Shown piece after piece: positions 1-7,661 of a stretch of 18,259 nucleotides of DNA. Each line of letters opens with the position of its first letter. The stretch's first letter is position 1. Origin of the DNA: Chthoniobacteraceae bacterium (GTDB lineage Bacteria > Verrucomicrobiota > Verrucomicrobiia > Chthoniobacterales > Chthoniobacteraceae); NCBI GenBank assembly GCA_037190965.1, contig JBBCKI010000012.1, positions 1-18,259 on the forward strand. Direction: 5' to 3'. The position numbers and the translations under genes are program-made. Below the pieces are notes generated by a model. It searched no databases and was not told the DNA's origin. It worked only from the letters and a program-made list of their open reading frames with translations.

Positions 1-114
1 TTTCAGGTCGCATCCCATCAAGATGAGTTTGTCCTGCGGGGATGGACGCCAAATGCGCTTCCTCGTCATGTCCCGCGCTCGCGGCGCGAGCGGACTACCT
101 TGGTTGGTCCTCCA
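1..114 (-). repeat. REP/REPIN-like element, partial copy cut by window edge; homologous to 4949-5128
   Basis: Reverse complement reads TGGAGGACCAACCAAGGTAGTCCGCTCGCGCCGCGAGCGCGGGACATGACGAGGAAGCGCATTTGGCGTCCATCCCCGCAGGAC, aligning with 4949 TGGAGGACCGACCAGGTAGACCGCTCTCGCCGAGAGCGCGGGAGTTGACCAGGATGCACATTTGACGCCCATCCCCCGCAGGAC; GGTAG followed by a GC palindrome is the REP architecture. Confidence 0.8.
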
Positions 115-180
115 AACAACGTCATATCTCAATCGGGTAGCTTTCCTGTCCTGCACCCCGTCGAGGTGTTTATTCGGTCG

Positions 181-2181
181 CTACAAATAATAGTCAAAAT
201 CCTGCTCCCTCGACACCCAGCGGCGGACGCGGAAGATATGCACCGGCTTGGTATGGGGATCAAGCGCGACGAAATTGCGTCGCCCATGCCAGAGGTAGCG
301 TTCGTCCCAGAGGAGATCGTGAACCTGGTAGGTATCGCCTTCCAGCCAGCCGAATTCCTCCAGCGGCACGTGGATGAAGGAGTCGTGCCGGTTCCACGGG
401 TCGAGATTCACGACGACGAGAATCAGGTTGTCGCGCGCGGCGGTCATCTTTCCGTAGAAGAGGACGTTCTCGTTTTCCGCCGCGTAGAAGCGGAGGTTGG
501 TGTACTCGTGCAACGCCCGGTTCTCGCGGCGGATGCGATTGAGCCGGGTGATGAACTCTTTGATGTTGCCCGGCGCGTTCCAGTCGCGGCCTTTGAACTG
601 ATACTTTTCGCTGTCGAGGTATTCTTCCTTCCCGTGAACGGCGGCGTTCTCGCAAAGCTCGTAGCCGCTGTAGATTCCATACGCCGAGGAAAGCGTAGCC
701 GCGAGGGCGGCGCGGGTCATGAAGGCGGGGCGCCCCCCCTGCTGGAGAAACTGGGGGAGAATATCCGGGGTGTTCGGCCAGAGGTTGCCCAGAAAATACT
801 GGCTCATCTCCGTCTGGGTCAGCTCGGTGAAGTATTCCGTCAGCTCGTGCTTGGTATTGCGCCAGGTGAAGTAGGTATAGCTTTGGCTGAACCCGGCTTT
901 CGCCAGCGCCTTCATCATTTTCGGGCGGGTGAAGGCTTCGGAGAGGAAGATGGTATCGGGATGTTGCGCGCGGACTTTGCCGATCAGGTATTCCCAGAAG
1001 GCGACCGGCTTGGTGTGCGGGTTGTCGACGCGGAAGATTTTGACGCCGCGCTCCACCCAGAAGAGGACCACGCTGGTAAGCTCATCCCAGAGCTCCCGCC
1101 AGTTCTCGTTCTGGAAATTGAGCGGGTAGACATCCTCGTACTTCTTCGGCGGATTCTCGGCGTACTTGATGGTGCCGTCGGGCCGTTTGAAGAACCACTC
1201 CGGGTGCGCGCCCACGTAGGGGTGATCCGGGGAGCAGTTGATGGCGAAATCGAGCGCAAGCTCCATGCCGCGTTGATGGATTTGGTCCACGAGCCATTCG
1301 AAATCGGCCAGCGTCCCGAGTTCCGGCGCGACATCCTTGTGGCCGCCGCCGTTGGGGCACTTTTGGTGCCGATTGCCGATGGCGTAGGGGACGCCCGGTT
1401 CCCCCGGTTCGGAGGTGACGGAGTTATTCTTCCCCTTCCGGTTGGTGCTCCCGATGGGATGGATCGGCGGGAAATAGATGACGTCGAACCCCATCGCGGC
1501 GGCGTCGTCAATGCGCGGCAGACAGTCGCGGAAAGTGGAGCCACGATCCGGTAGTCCTTCTGCCGAGCGTGGGAAAAACTCGTACCACGCCGTGAACCTC
1601 GCACGCTCCCGGTCGACGAAGACCCGGGGGTAGGGGAGGTATTCCGTGGAAAGGGAGTGATCCGCCCACGTCAGCATGAGCGCCTCCACCTCCGCCCAGT
1701 GCGCGATGGCATCGACTTGCACGGGGGGCGCGGTTTCGATCAGCTTGGCGATTTCGGTCAACCGGGCCTTGTCGCGGGGATCGAGCGCGCGATGCGCCGC
1801 CGCCCGGATGATTGCCGCGCCTTCGAGCGTTTCGCTCCGGAGTTCGGTCAGTCCGCCTTCGAGCTTCTTACGGAACTCATGCTGCCATGAGCGGAACGTG
1901 TCGCCCCAAGCTTCGAGGGTGTATTCGTAGACGGCGTTCTCAAAAAGCGAGCAGGTGCCCTGCCACCGGTCGTTGCCGATGGGAATCATGGGCGTTTCGT
2001 TCCAGGCGATGTCGCCCGCCTTGCGCCATTTCAGCCGCGCGCCGACGAGATCGTGGCCGTCCTTGAAGATATCGGCCTCAACGGTCAGGTCATCACCGAC
2101 GACCCGCTTGATGGGGTGGCGTCCGCAGTCGATGAGCGGTTCCAGGTTTTCGATGACCACGGTCGGCTGTTTTGGAATCAT
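181..2181 (-). CDS. glgE: Alpha-1,4-glucan:maltose-1-phosphate maltosyltransferase (GH13)
   Basis: Motifs WYEFFPRS, YAENPPKKYEDVYP, FRVDNPHTKP (nucleophile D), FLSEAFTRP (acid/base E), NTPDILP, YLDSEKYQ. Start placed at ATG 2181 (MIPKQPTVVIE); the ORF extension to 2466 crosses repeat DNA. Confidence 0.95.
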   Translation of the reverse strand: MIPKQPTVVIENLEPLIDCGRHPIKRVVGDDLTVEADIFKDGHDLVGARLKWRKAGDIAWNETPMIPIGNDRWQGTCSLFENAVYEYTLEAWGDTFRSWQHEFRKKLEGGLTELRSETLEGAAIIRAAAHRALDPRDKARLTEIAKLIETAPPVQVDAIAHWAEVEALMLTWADHSLSTEYLPYPRVFVDRERARFTAWYEFFPRSAEGLPDRGSTFRDCLPRIDDAAAMGFDVIYFPPIHPIGSTNRKGKNNSVTSEPGEPGVPYAIGNRHQKCPNGGGHKDVAPELGTLADFEWLVDQIHQRGMELALDFAINCSPDHPYVGAHPEWFFKRPDGTIKYAENPPKKYEDVYPLNFQNENWRELWDELTSVVLFWVERGVKIFRVDNPHTKPVAFWEYLIGKVRAQHPDTIFLSEAFTRPKMMKALAKAGFSQSYTYFTWRNTKHELTEYFTELTQTEMSQYFLGNLWPNTPDILPQFLQQGGRPAFMTRAALAATLSSAYGIYSGYELCENAAVHGKEEYLDSEKYQFKGRDWNAPGNIKEFITRLNRIRRENRALHEYTNLRFYAAENENVLFYGKMTAARDNLILVVVNLDPWNRHDSFIHVPLEEFGWLEGDTYQVHDLLWDERYLWHGRRNFVALDPHTKPVHIFRVRRWVSREQDFDYYL

Positions 2182-2274
2182 ACCAATAGGTGCTGAAGGT
2201 GAGGCTGGATTAACGACAGGGGATCTGCCGTCGTGATGGGGCAAAAAGAGAAAAGAGCGGGCCTGTGGCCGGGG

Positions 2275-2385
2275 GCGGCGTCGCGGAGCTCCGCCCTCCG
2301 AAGACTGCGCGATAAGCGCGTAGAACGGGGCCGAAAAATCGGCGCGGCAGCGCCACCAACGGAGGGCGGAGCTCTGCGACGCCGC
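2275..2385. repeat. Inverted REP-like doublet (CGGAG-headed), 26-bp arms
   Basis: 2275-2300 GCGGCGTCGCGGAGCTCCGCCCTCCG and 2360-2385 CGGAGGGCGGAGCTCTGCGACGCCGC are reverse complements at 25/26 positions; arms contain an internal GCGGAGCTC(C/T)GC palindrome. Confidence 0.75.
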
Positions 2386-2455
2386 AACGCCGAAGGCGCT
2401 TGTCTTTGCTTTTCTCCTTGGCTCGTTCGGGAGGATTTTCAGGTCCGGGGGCCGT

Positions 2456-2491
2456 AATCCTGTCAATCATGCCAATCTTATTAATCCTGTC
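2456..2491. repeat. Degenerate 9-bp tandem repeat x4
   Basis: AATCCTGTC AATCATGCC AATCTTATT AATCCTGTC, exact 9-bp period. Confidence 0.7.
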
Positions 2492-2530
2492 TTAAAAGAA
2501 ACACACGCCGTTTCTTCATGCGTTCACTCC

Positions 2531-2572
2531 AAAAAAATTGCCGCCCGGCGTGCGAAGACGCCGGGCGGCAAT
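2531..2572 (-). terminator. Rho-independent terminator of the ThrC-like/MoaD/NIL operon
   Basis: Perfect 15-bp stem ATTGCCGCCCGGCGT (2537-2551)/ACGCCGGGCGGCAAT (2558-2572), followed on the minus strand by a U-run (A-run 2531-2536); just after the NIL gene stop. Confidence 0.9.
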
Positions 2573-2590
2573 CAAAAGGAGCAAGGGCGT

Positions 2591-2839
2591 TTACCCTTCG
2601 ATGGTGTTGATCTCCACCGGTTCCACCTTCACGCCGGTTTCCTCCAGCCAGGCGATGGCGCGCTTATTCTCTTCGCGCTCGCCTTCCAGTTCCAGCGAGA
2701 CGATCCCGACTTCGTCGGTCACGCTCGCCTGCCGGACGTTGGTGATGACCTGGAATTTGTGGCCCAGCTCGTACACCACGGGGCGGGTGATCAGCCGCGC
2801 GGGAAACATGAGCCAGAGCCGTGTTTTTTCCGTTGCCAT
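2591..2839 (-). CDS. Stand-alone NIL-domain protein (ACT-like)
   Basis: 82 aa; pattern FP..LITRPVVYELGHKFQVITNVRQASV..EVGIVSLELEG....KRAIAWLEETGVKVEP resembles NIL domains (MetN C-terminus, NIL-ferredoxins); no cysteines, so no Fe-S cluster. Confidence 0.82.
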   Translation of the reverse strand: MATEKTRLWLMFPARLITRPVVYELGHKFQVITNVRQASVTDEVGIVSLELEGEREENKRAIAWLEETGVKVEPVEINTIEG

Positions 2840-2858
2840 AAGATTCTAGCCTTCGATT

Positions 2859-3134
2859 CTAGCCACCGGCGATGGCGGGGACGATGGAGACTTCGTCGCC
2901 TTCCTTGAGGGCGCTGGCCTTGTCTTCAAGGAAGCGGATGTCCTCGTCGTTCACGAAGATGTTTACGAAGCGGCGGACGTTGCCGGCCTCGTCGAGCAGG
3001 CGCTCCTGGATGCCGGGATAGCTTTTTTCCAGGTTGCCGATCAGTTCGCCAATGTTGGTGCCTTCGACCTGAACGGTGTCGAGGTCGTAGGTCAACTTGC
3101 GAAGCGGAGTGGGAATACGGACGCTGATAGCCAT
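2859..3134 (-). CDS. MoaD/ThiS/CysO-family ubiquitin-like sulfur carrier protein
   Basis: 91 aa; VRIPTPLRKLT start, RRFVNIFVNDEDIRFL, C-terminal VSIVPAIAGG with free Gly-Gly; CysO-like subtype. Confidence 0.93.
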   Translation of the reverse strand: MAISVRIPTPLRKLTYDLDTVQVEGTNIGELIGNLEKSYPGIQERLLDEAGNVRRFVNIFVNDEDIRFLEDKASALKEGDEVSIVPAIAGG

Positions 3135-3157
3135 GATTTCAATGAGGTTAGGTTATG

Positions 3158-3317
3158 GGAAGTGCTGATTAAAGCAAGCTCGGTCGGAAACTTGTCATTT
3201 TTGGCTCTTTCCGAGTGGATTTGTCCTCGCCTGTCTCAAACAGGCTGCGGGAAATCCCCTCAGAAATAGCTCAAAACTGCCTGCGTTTTCGTCCGGCTCC
3301 ATTTAATCAGCGATTCC
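3158..3317. mobile_element. ~160-bp MITE-like fold-back element, copy 1
   Basis: TIRs GGAAGTGCTGATTAAA ... TTTAATCAGCGATTCC; central CCTGT-CTCAA-ACAGG hairpin; homologous to 12076-12236 and 18105-18259; right flank CTAA. Confidence 0.8.
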
Positions 3318-3338
3318 CTAAGAAGCCGACCGGGGCAA

Positions 3339-4595
3339 TTACTTTGCCGCGAGCTCGGCTCCGATCTTTTCGTCAAATTCGCGAAGGCTTGGGTTGATGA
3401 GGCGGGGTTCGCCGCACTTGCCGACGATCGCCTCCTGGGTTTTGAGGCCGTGGCCGGTGATGCAGAGGACGGCGCTCTCGTCGGCGGGGATTTTGCCCGT
3501 CTCGATGAGTTTCTTGGCGCACGCCACGGTGACGCCGCCGGCGGTTTCCGCAAAGATACCGGCGTACTCGGCGAGGAGCTTGATGCCCTCGACGATCTCT
3601 TCGTCGGTGACATCCTCGGTGCAGCCGCCGGTTTCCTTCATCGCGTGGATGGCGTAGTAGCCGTCCGCCGGGGTGCCGATGGCGAGCGATTTGGCGATGG
3701 TGTCGGGCTTCGGCACCGGCTTGACGATGTCGGTTCCCTTCTTCATCGCGGCCGAGATCGGCGCGCAGCCGGTCGCCTGGGCACCGTAGACGCTGAAGGC
3801 GGTTTCGTCGACGAGGCCGACCTTGACGGCTTCGTTGTACGCTTTCTGGATCTTCGTGAGCAGCGAGCCCGAGGCCATCGGGATGACTGTGTGCCGGGGG
3901 ATCTGCCAGCCGAGTTGCTCGACGATCTCGAAGCCCATCGTCTTGGAGCCTTCCGCGTAGTAGGGGCGGAGGTTCACGTTCACAAAGCCCCAGCCGTACT
4001 TGCCCGCGATCTCCGAGCAAAGCCGGTTGACCTGATCGTAAGCGCCGTGAATGCCGATGACGTTGGTGCCGTAAACGAGAGAGCCGAGCACCTTGCCCTG
4101 CTCCAGGTCGGCGGGGATGAGGACGTAGCTGGTCAACCCGGCGGCGGCCGCGTTGGCGGCGACGGAGTTGGCGAGGTTGCCGGTCGAGGCGCAGGCGACG
4201 ACCTCAAAGCCGAGTTCGCGCGCGCGGCTCAGGGCGACAGAGACCACGCGGTCCTTGAAGGAAAGGGTGGGGTAATTGACCGTGTCGTTCTTGATCCAGA
4301 GCTCCCGGATGCCGAGCTTTTTGGCGAGGCGGTCCGCCTTGACGAGCGGCGTGAAGCCGACCTGCGTGCCGACGCTCGGTTCGCCGTCGATGGGGAGCAA
4401 CTCCCGGTAGCGCCACATTGACTGCGGGCGGGATTCGATCACCTCGCGCGTCAGGACGGACTTGATCGCGTCATAGTCGTAGGCGGCTTCCAGCGGGCCG
4501 AAATCGAAGTCGCACACGTGGATCGCCTTTTTCGGGTAGGGGCGTCCGCATTCACGACACTTCAGGTGCGAAAAGTAAGGGCTCGGTTTGTCCAT
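3339..4595 (-). CDS. Threonine-synthase-like PLP enzyme (fold type II); probable sulfur-carrier-dependent homocysteine-forming enzyme rather than true ThrC
   Basis: PTLSFKDR (PLP lysine), CASTGNLA, YYAEGSKT, PMASGSL, DTIAKSLAIG, GIFAETAGG, ITGHGLKT; N-terminal CRECG..CDFD. Functional reinterpretation is inferred from the SAM riboswitch and adjacent sulfur carrier. Confidence 0.85.
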   Translation of the reverse strand: MDKPSPYFSHLKCRECGRPYPKKAIHVCDFDFGPLEAAYDYDAIKSVLTREVIESRPQSMWRYRELLPIDGEPSVGTQVGFTPLVKADRLAKKLGIRELWIKNDTVNYPTLSFKDRVVSVALSRARELGFEVVACASTGNLANSVAANAAAAGLTSYVLIPADLEQGKVLGSLVYGTNVIGIHGAYDQVNRLCSEIAGKYGWGFVNVNLRPYYAEGSKTMGFEIVEQLGWQIPRHTVIPMASGSLLTKIQKAYNEAVKVGLVDETAFSVYGAQATGCAPISAAMKKGTDIVKPVPKPDTIAKSLAIGTPADGYYAIHAMKETGGCTEDVTDEEIVEGIKLLAEYAGIFAETAGGVTVACAKKLIETGKIPADESAVLCITGHGLKTQEAIVGKCGEPRLINPSLREFDEKIGAELAAK

Positions 4596-4741
4596 AAATT
4601 CTTCAACTCATCTGTTTTGCCCAGATCGAGAGCGCGAGAGGCGCATCCAGTCGATGATTGAAGAATCTGCCCTGAAAAACCTGGCTCTCCGGAATCGCTC
4701 TAAAGAGCTTTGAAAACCTTGGGAGCCATGGGCCTATTCTC

Positions 4742-4872
4742 CTCTCATCTTTCCCAATGCGTTTTAAGCGCACCGAGCTGGATTTGGCACCTGGGCCTTG
4801 CCGCGATTTCTCGCCCTGCAAGCGGTTGCCGTGACTTCAACGGGCCAGTCCCTCAGTCACTCTCGATAAGAG
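4742..4872 (-). ncRNA. SAM-I (S-box) riboswitch aptamer
   Basis: Minus strand: CTCTTATCGAGAG-TGACTGAGGGACTGGCCCGTTGAAGTCAC-GGCAACC...GGTGCCAAATCC...GGGAAAGATGAGAG; P1 (CTCTTATC/GATGAGAG), P2 kink-turn region, GCAACC and GGTGCCAA all match the SAM-I consensus. Confidence 0.96.
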
Positions 4873-4880
4873 TCGCGGTC

Positions 4881-4909
4881 ACGGTAGGGGGCTTGAGAGG
4901 TAGCGTCAA
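4881..4909 (-). promoter_or_regulatory. Sigma70-type promoter for the riboswitch operon
   Basis: Minus strand TTGACG (4909-4904), 17-nt spacer, TACCGT (4886-4881); predicted start ~4874, just before aptamer P1; AT-rich stretch upstream. Confidence 0.65.
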
Positions 4910-4948
4910 TATAAATTGAGGGGTGCCGATGTGGTAAGGGGGGAAATC

Positions 4949-5128
4949 TGGAGGACCGACCAGGTAGACCGCTCTCGCCGAGAGCGCGGGAGTTGACCAG
5001 GATGCACATTTGACGCCCATCCCCCGCAGGACGGGCTGAAGGGCGCGGGGATGCAGCCTGACGGAAGCCACGGGGGCCGATACCCGCGCTCGGCGGCGCG
5101 AGCGGTCTACCGGTGCTGCCGCACCATT
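4949..5128. repeat. REPIN-like element: inverted GGTAG-type REP pair plus tail hairpin
   Basis: GGTAGACCGCTCTCGCCGAGAGCGCGGG (4963-4990) and inverted CCCGCGCTCGGCGGCGCGAGCGGTCTACC (5083-5111), then GGTGCTGCCGCACCATT; related copies at 1-114 and ~9935-10009. Confidence 0.82.
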
Positions 5129-5201
5129 CACCGGGGAAGTGTTGAGGAACGTGCGTTCTTAGCTGACAAATTGGGGAAACCACGCAAAATTGGGGTTTCT
5201 C

Positions 5202-6497
5202 ATGAGACAAATCGGCATTGGCATCGCAGGCTTCGGAACCGTTGGCGCAGGGGTTTACAAACACCTCTCCGGCAATCGCCGACTGTTGTGCGAACGGCTC
5301 GGCCTGGAGTTGGAGGTGCGGAAGATCGCCCTGCGCGATCCCGCCAAGGCGCGCAGCGTCGCGGCTCCCAAGGAGATCGTCACGACCCGGTGGGAGGATC
5401 TGATCGAAGATCCCTCGGTTGAGATCGTGGTGGAACTGATGGGTGGGGTGGAAGAGCCGCTCAAGCTGGTGCTGGCCGCCATCGAAAAGCGCAAGATTGT
5501 CGTCACCGGCAACAAGGCGCTCCTCGCCGAGCATGGGCGCGAGATCTTTGAAGCCGCGGGGCGTCACCGGGTGCCGATTTTCTTCGAAGCGGCGGTCGCC
5601 GGGGGGGTACCGATCATCAAGTCGATTCGCGAGGCATTCGTGGCGAGCCATATCCGCTCCATCCACGGGATCATCAACGGCACGAGCAATTACATCCTGA
5701 CCCGGATGACGCAGTCGGGCCTTGGGTTTGCGGAGGCGCTCAAGGAAGCGCAGGACGCCGGGTTTGCCGAGGCCGACCCGACGCTCGACATCAACGGCTG
5801 GGACGCCGCGCACAAGGCGATCATTCTCGCCTCGCTGGCCTACGGGTTCTGGGTCGGGACGTGCGAAATCCAGGTGGAGGGGATCGAAGGGGTCACCGCC
5901 ACGGACATCAAATTTGCGGGGCAACTCGGGTACAAGATCAAGCTGCTGGCGGTCATCAAGGCCGACGAGCAGGGCCGTGTGGAAGTGCGCGTGCATCCGA
6001 CGCTGGTTCCCGACACGCATGTGCTGGCCTCCGTCAATGGAGTCTTCAACGCGGTGGCGGTCCATGGCGACGTGGTGGGCGAGACGCTTTTTTACGGACG
6101 CGGCGCGGGACAGGACCCGACGGCGAGCGCGGTCATCAGCGATCTGGCGGAAGCCGCCGTCGCGTTGGAGATTCCGCGTGCCCATGTCGGCTTCACGCCG
6201 CATACCCTGTACGGCAATTGCAAACCGGCCTGCGAGATTGTCACCCAGTACTATCTGCGGCTCTCCGTGATCGACAAACCGGGAGTGCTCGCGCAGGTCG
6301 CCAACGTGCTGGCCGATCAGGAGATCGGCATCTCCTCCGTCATCCAGCCCGAGGCGCACGAGGATGAAGCCACGCCGCTGGTCCTGATGCTGCACGACGC
6401 CGCCAAGGGGCGGATGGATGCCGCGCTCGAAGCGCTCTCCAGGCTTGAATGCGTCAAACGCCCGCCGCGCATGATTCGCGTGGAAACTTTCCAATGA
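5202..6497 (+). CDS. hom: Homoserine dehydrogenase with C-terminal ACT domain
   Basis: GIAGFGTVG Rossmann motif, [66 protein letters not shown]-like [12 protein letters not shown] at 5202. Confidence 0.97.
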   Translation: MRQIGIGIAGFGTVGAGVYKHLSGNRRLLCERLGLELEVRKIALRDPAKARSVAAPKEIVTTRWEDLIEDPSVEIVVELMGGVEEPLKLVLAAIEKRKIVVTGNKALLAEHGREIFEAAGRHRVPIFFEAAVAGGVPIIKSIREAFVASHIRSIHGIINGTSNYILTRMTQSGLGFAEALKEAQDAGFAEADPTLDINGWDAAHKAIILASLAYGFWVGTCEIQVEGIEGVTATDIKFAGQLGYKIKLLAVIKADEQGRVEVRVHPTLVPDTHVLASVNGVFNAVAVHGDVVGETLFYGRGAGQDPTASAVISDLAEAAVALEIPRAHVGFTPHTLYGNCKPACEIVTQYYLRLSVIDKPGVLAQVANVLADQEIGISSVIQPEAHEDEATPLVLMLHDAAKGRMDAALEALSRLECVKRPPRMIRVETFQ

Positions 6498-7600
6498 CCT
6501 CTCCGTCTCCATCTCCCATCGCCCCGGTGTTGAATGACCGGGGGCTGATCGCCCGTTACCGCGAGTTTCTTCCCGTTTCGGAATCGACGCCCGTTATTTC
6601 GTTGAACGAAGGCTCCACGCCGCTCATCCATTCGCCAAAACTGAGCGCGCGGGTGGGGCGCGGCAGGAACGTCTTCATCAAGTACGAGGGGTTGAACCCG
6701 ACCGGCTCGTTCAAGGATCGCGGGATGACGGTCGCCATTTCCAAGGCGGTCGAGGAGGGAGCCCGCGCGGTCATCTGCGCCTCCACCGGCAATACTTCCG
6801 CCGCCGCAGCAGCCTACGCCGCGCGCGCCGGGGTCGGCTGCGTGGTTCTGCTGCCTGCGGGAAAGATCGCCCTCGGCAAGCTGGCCCAGGCGTTCATGTA
6901 TGGCGCGAAAGTGGTGGCCATCGAGGGGAACTTCGACGACGCGCTTCAACTCGTCCGGGAGATCGGCGAGACGGAGCCGATCGCCATCGTCAATTCGATC
7001 AATCCGCACCGGCTCGAAGGGCAGAAGACCGCTTCGTTTGAGATTATCGAGGAACTTGGCGACGCGCCGGAACTTCATATTTTGCCCGTGGGCAATGCCG
7101 GGAACATCAGCGCCTACTGGCGCGGTTACCGCGAGTTCCAGCAGCTTGGCCGCGCCACGCGGCTCCCAAGAATGCTCGGTTTCCAAGCCGCTGGGAGCGC
7201 CCCGATTTTTTACGGCAAGGTCGTCGAACATCCCGAGACGGTCGCCACCGCCATCCGGATCGGCAATCCCGCAAGCTGGTCGCTTGCCTCGGAGGCGATC
7301 CGCGATTCGCAGGGGGGCATCGACATCGTTACCGATGACGAAATCCTTGCCGCGCAGGCGTGGCTTGCCGGTAACGAGGGAATTTTTGTGGAACCGGCCA
7401 GCGCCGCCTCCATCGCGGGGCTGCTTAAATCGGTCGAAGGACGAGGCGTTTTTGGGCTGGATGTGATCCCCGAAGGGGCGAACCTCGTCTGCACCGTCAC
7501 CGGCCACGGCCTGAAGGATCCTGACATTGCCAAGGACCGAGTTGGCGGCGTGATCCCCGCCCGGGCCGAAAAGCAGGCCATTCTCGATTTGTTGGGGTAG
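6494..7600 (+). CDS. thrC: Threonine synthase (canonical short type)
   Basis: [71 protein letters not shown] overlap with hom stop. Confidence 0.95.
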   Translation: MTSPSPSPIAPVLNDRGLIARYREFLPVSESTPVISLNEGSTPLIHSPKLSARVGRGRNVFIKYEGLNPTGSFKDRGMTVAISKAVEEGARAVICASTGNTSAAAAAYAARAGVGCVVLLPAGKIALGKLAQAFMYGAKVVAIEGNFDDALQLVREIGETEPIAIVNSINPHRLEGQKTASFEIIEELGDAPELHILPVGNAGNISAYWRGYREFQQLGRATRLPRMLGFQAAGSAPIFYGKVVEHPETVATAIRIGNPASWSLASEAIRDSQGGIDIVTDDEILAAQAWLAGNEGIFVEPASAASIAGLLKSVEGRGVFGLDVIPEGANLVCTVTGHGLKDPDIAKDRVGGVIPARAEKQAILDLLG

Positions 7601-7626
7601 CTTACGAGAAGGTGGGGCAGAGAAGT

Positions 7627-7654
7627 TTGACAACGGATCAATCGGCACCAGACT
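7627..7654 (+). promoter_or_regulatory. Possible promoter for the ABC ATPase gene (possibly leaderless)
   Basis: Perfect TTGACA at 7627-7632, weak -10 CAGACT at 7649-7654 (16-nt spacer); ATG at 7662, no Shine-Dalgarno. Confidence 0.3.
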
Positions 7655-7661
7655 TTCCCTC

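Noticed and set aside
100..1554. 484-aa plus-strand ORF opposite glgE
   Set aside because: Antisense shadow of a GC-rich gene; no recognisable motifs.
2182..2466. 95-aa N-terminal extension of glgE
   Set aside because: Runs through REP-like repeats; homology begins near ATG 2181.
2859..3134. Molybdopterin or thiamine role (moaD/thiS) for the carrier
   Set aside because: No moaE/thiG nearby; SAM riboswitch and CysO-like sequence favour sulfur amino-acid metabolism.
4603..4821. 72-aa ORF as leader peptide
   Set aside because: Starts inside the SAM-I aptamer; the riboswitch explains the region.
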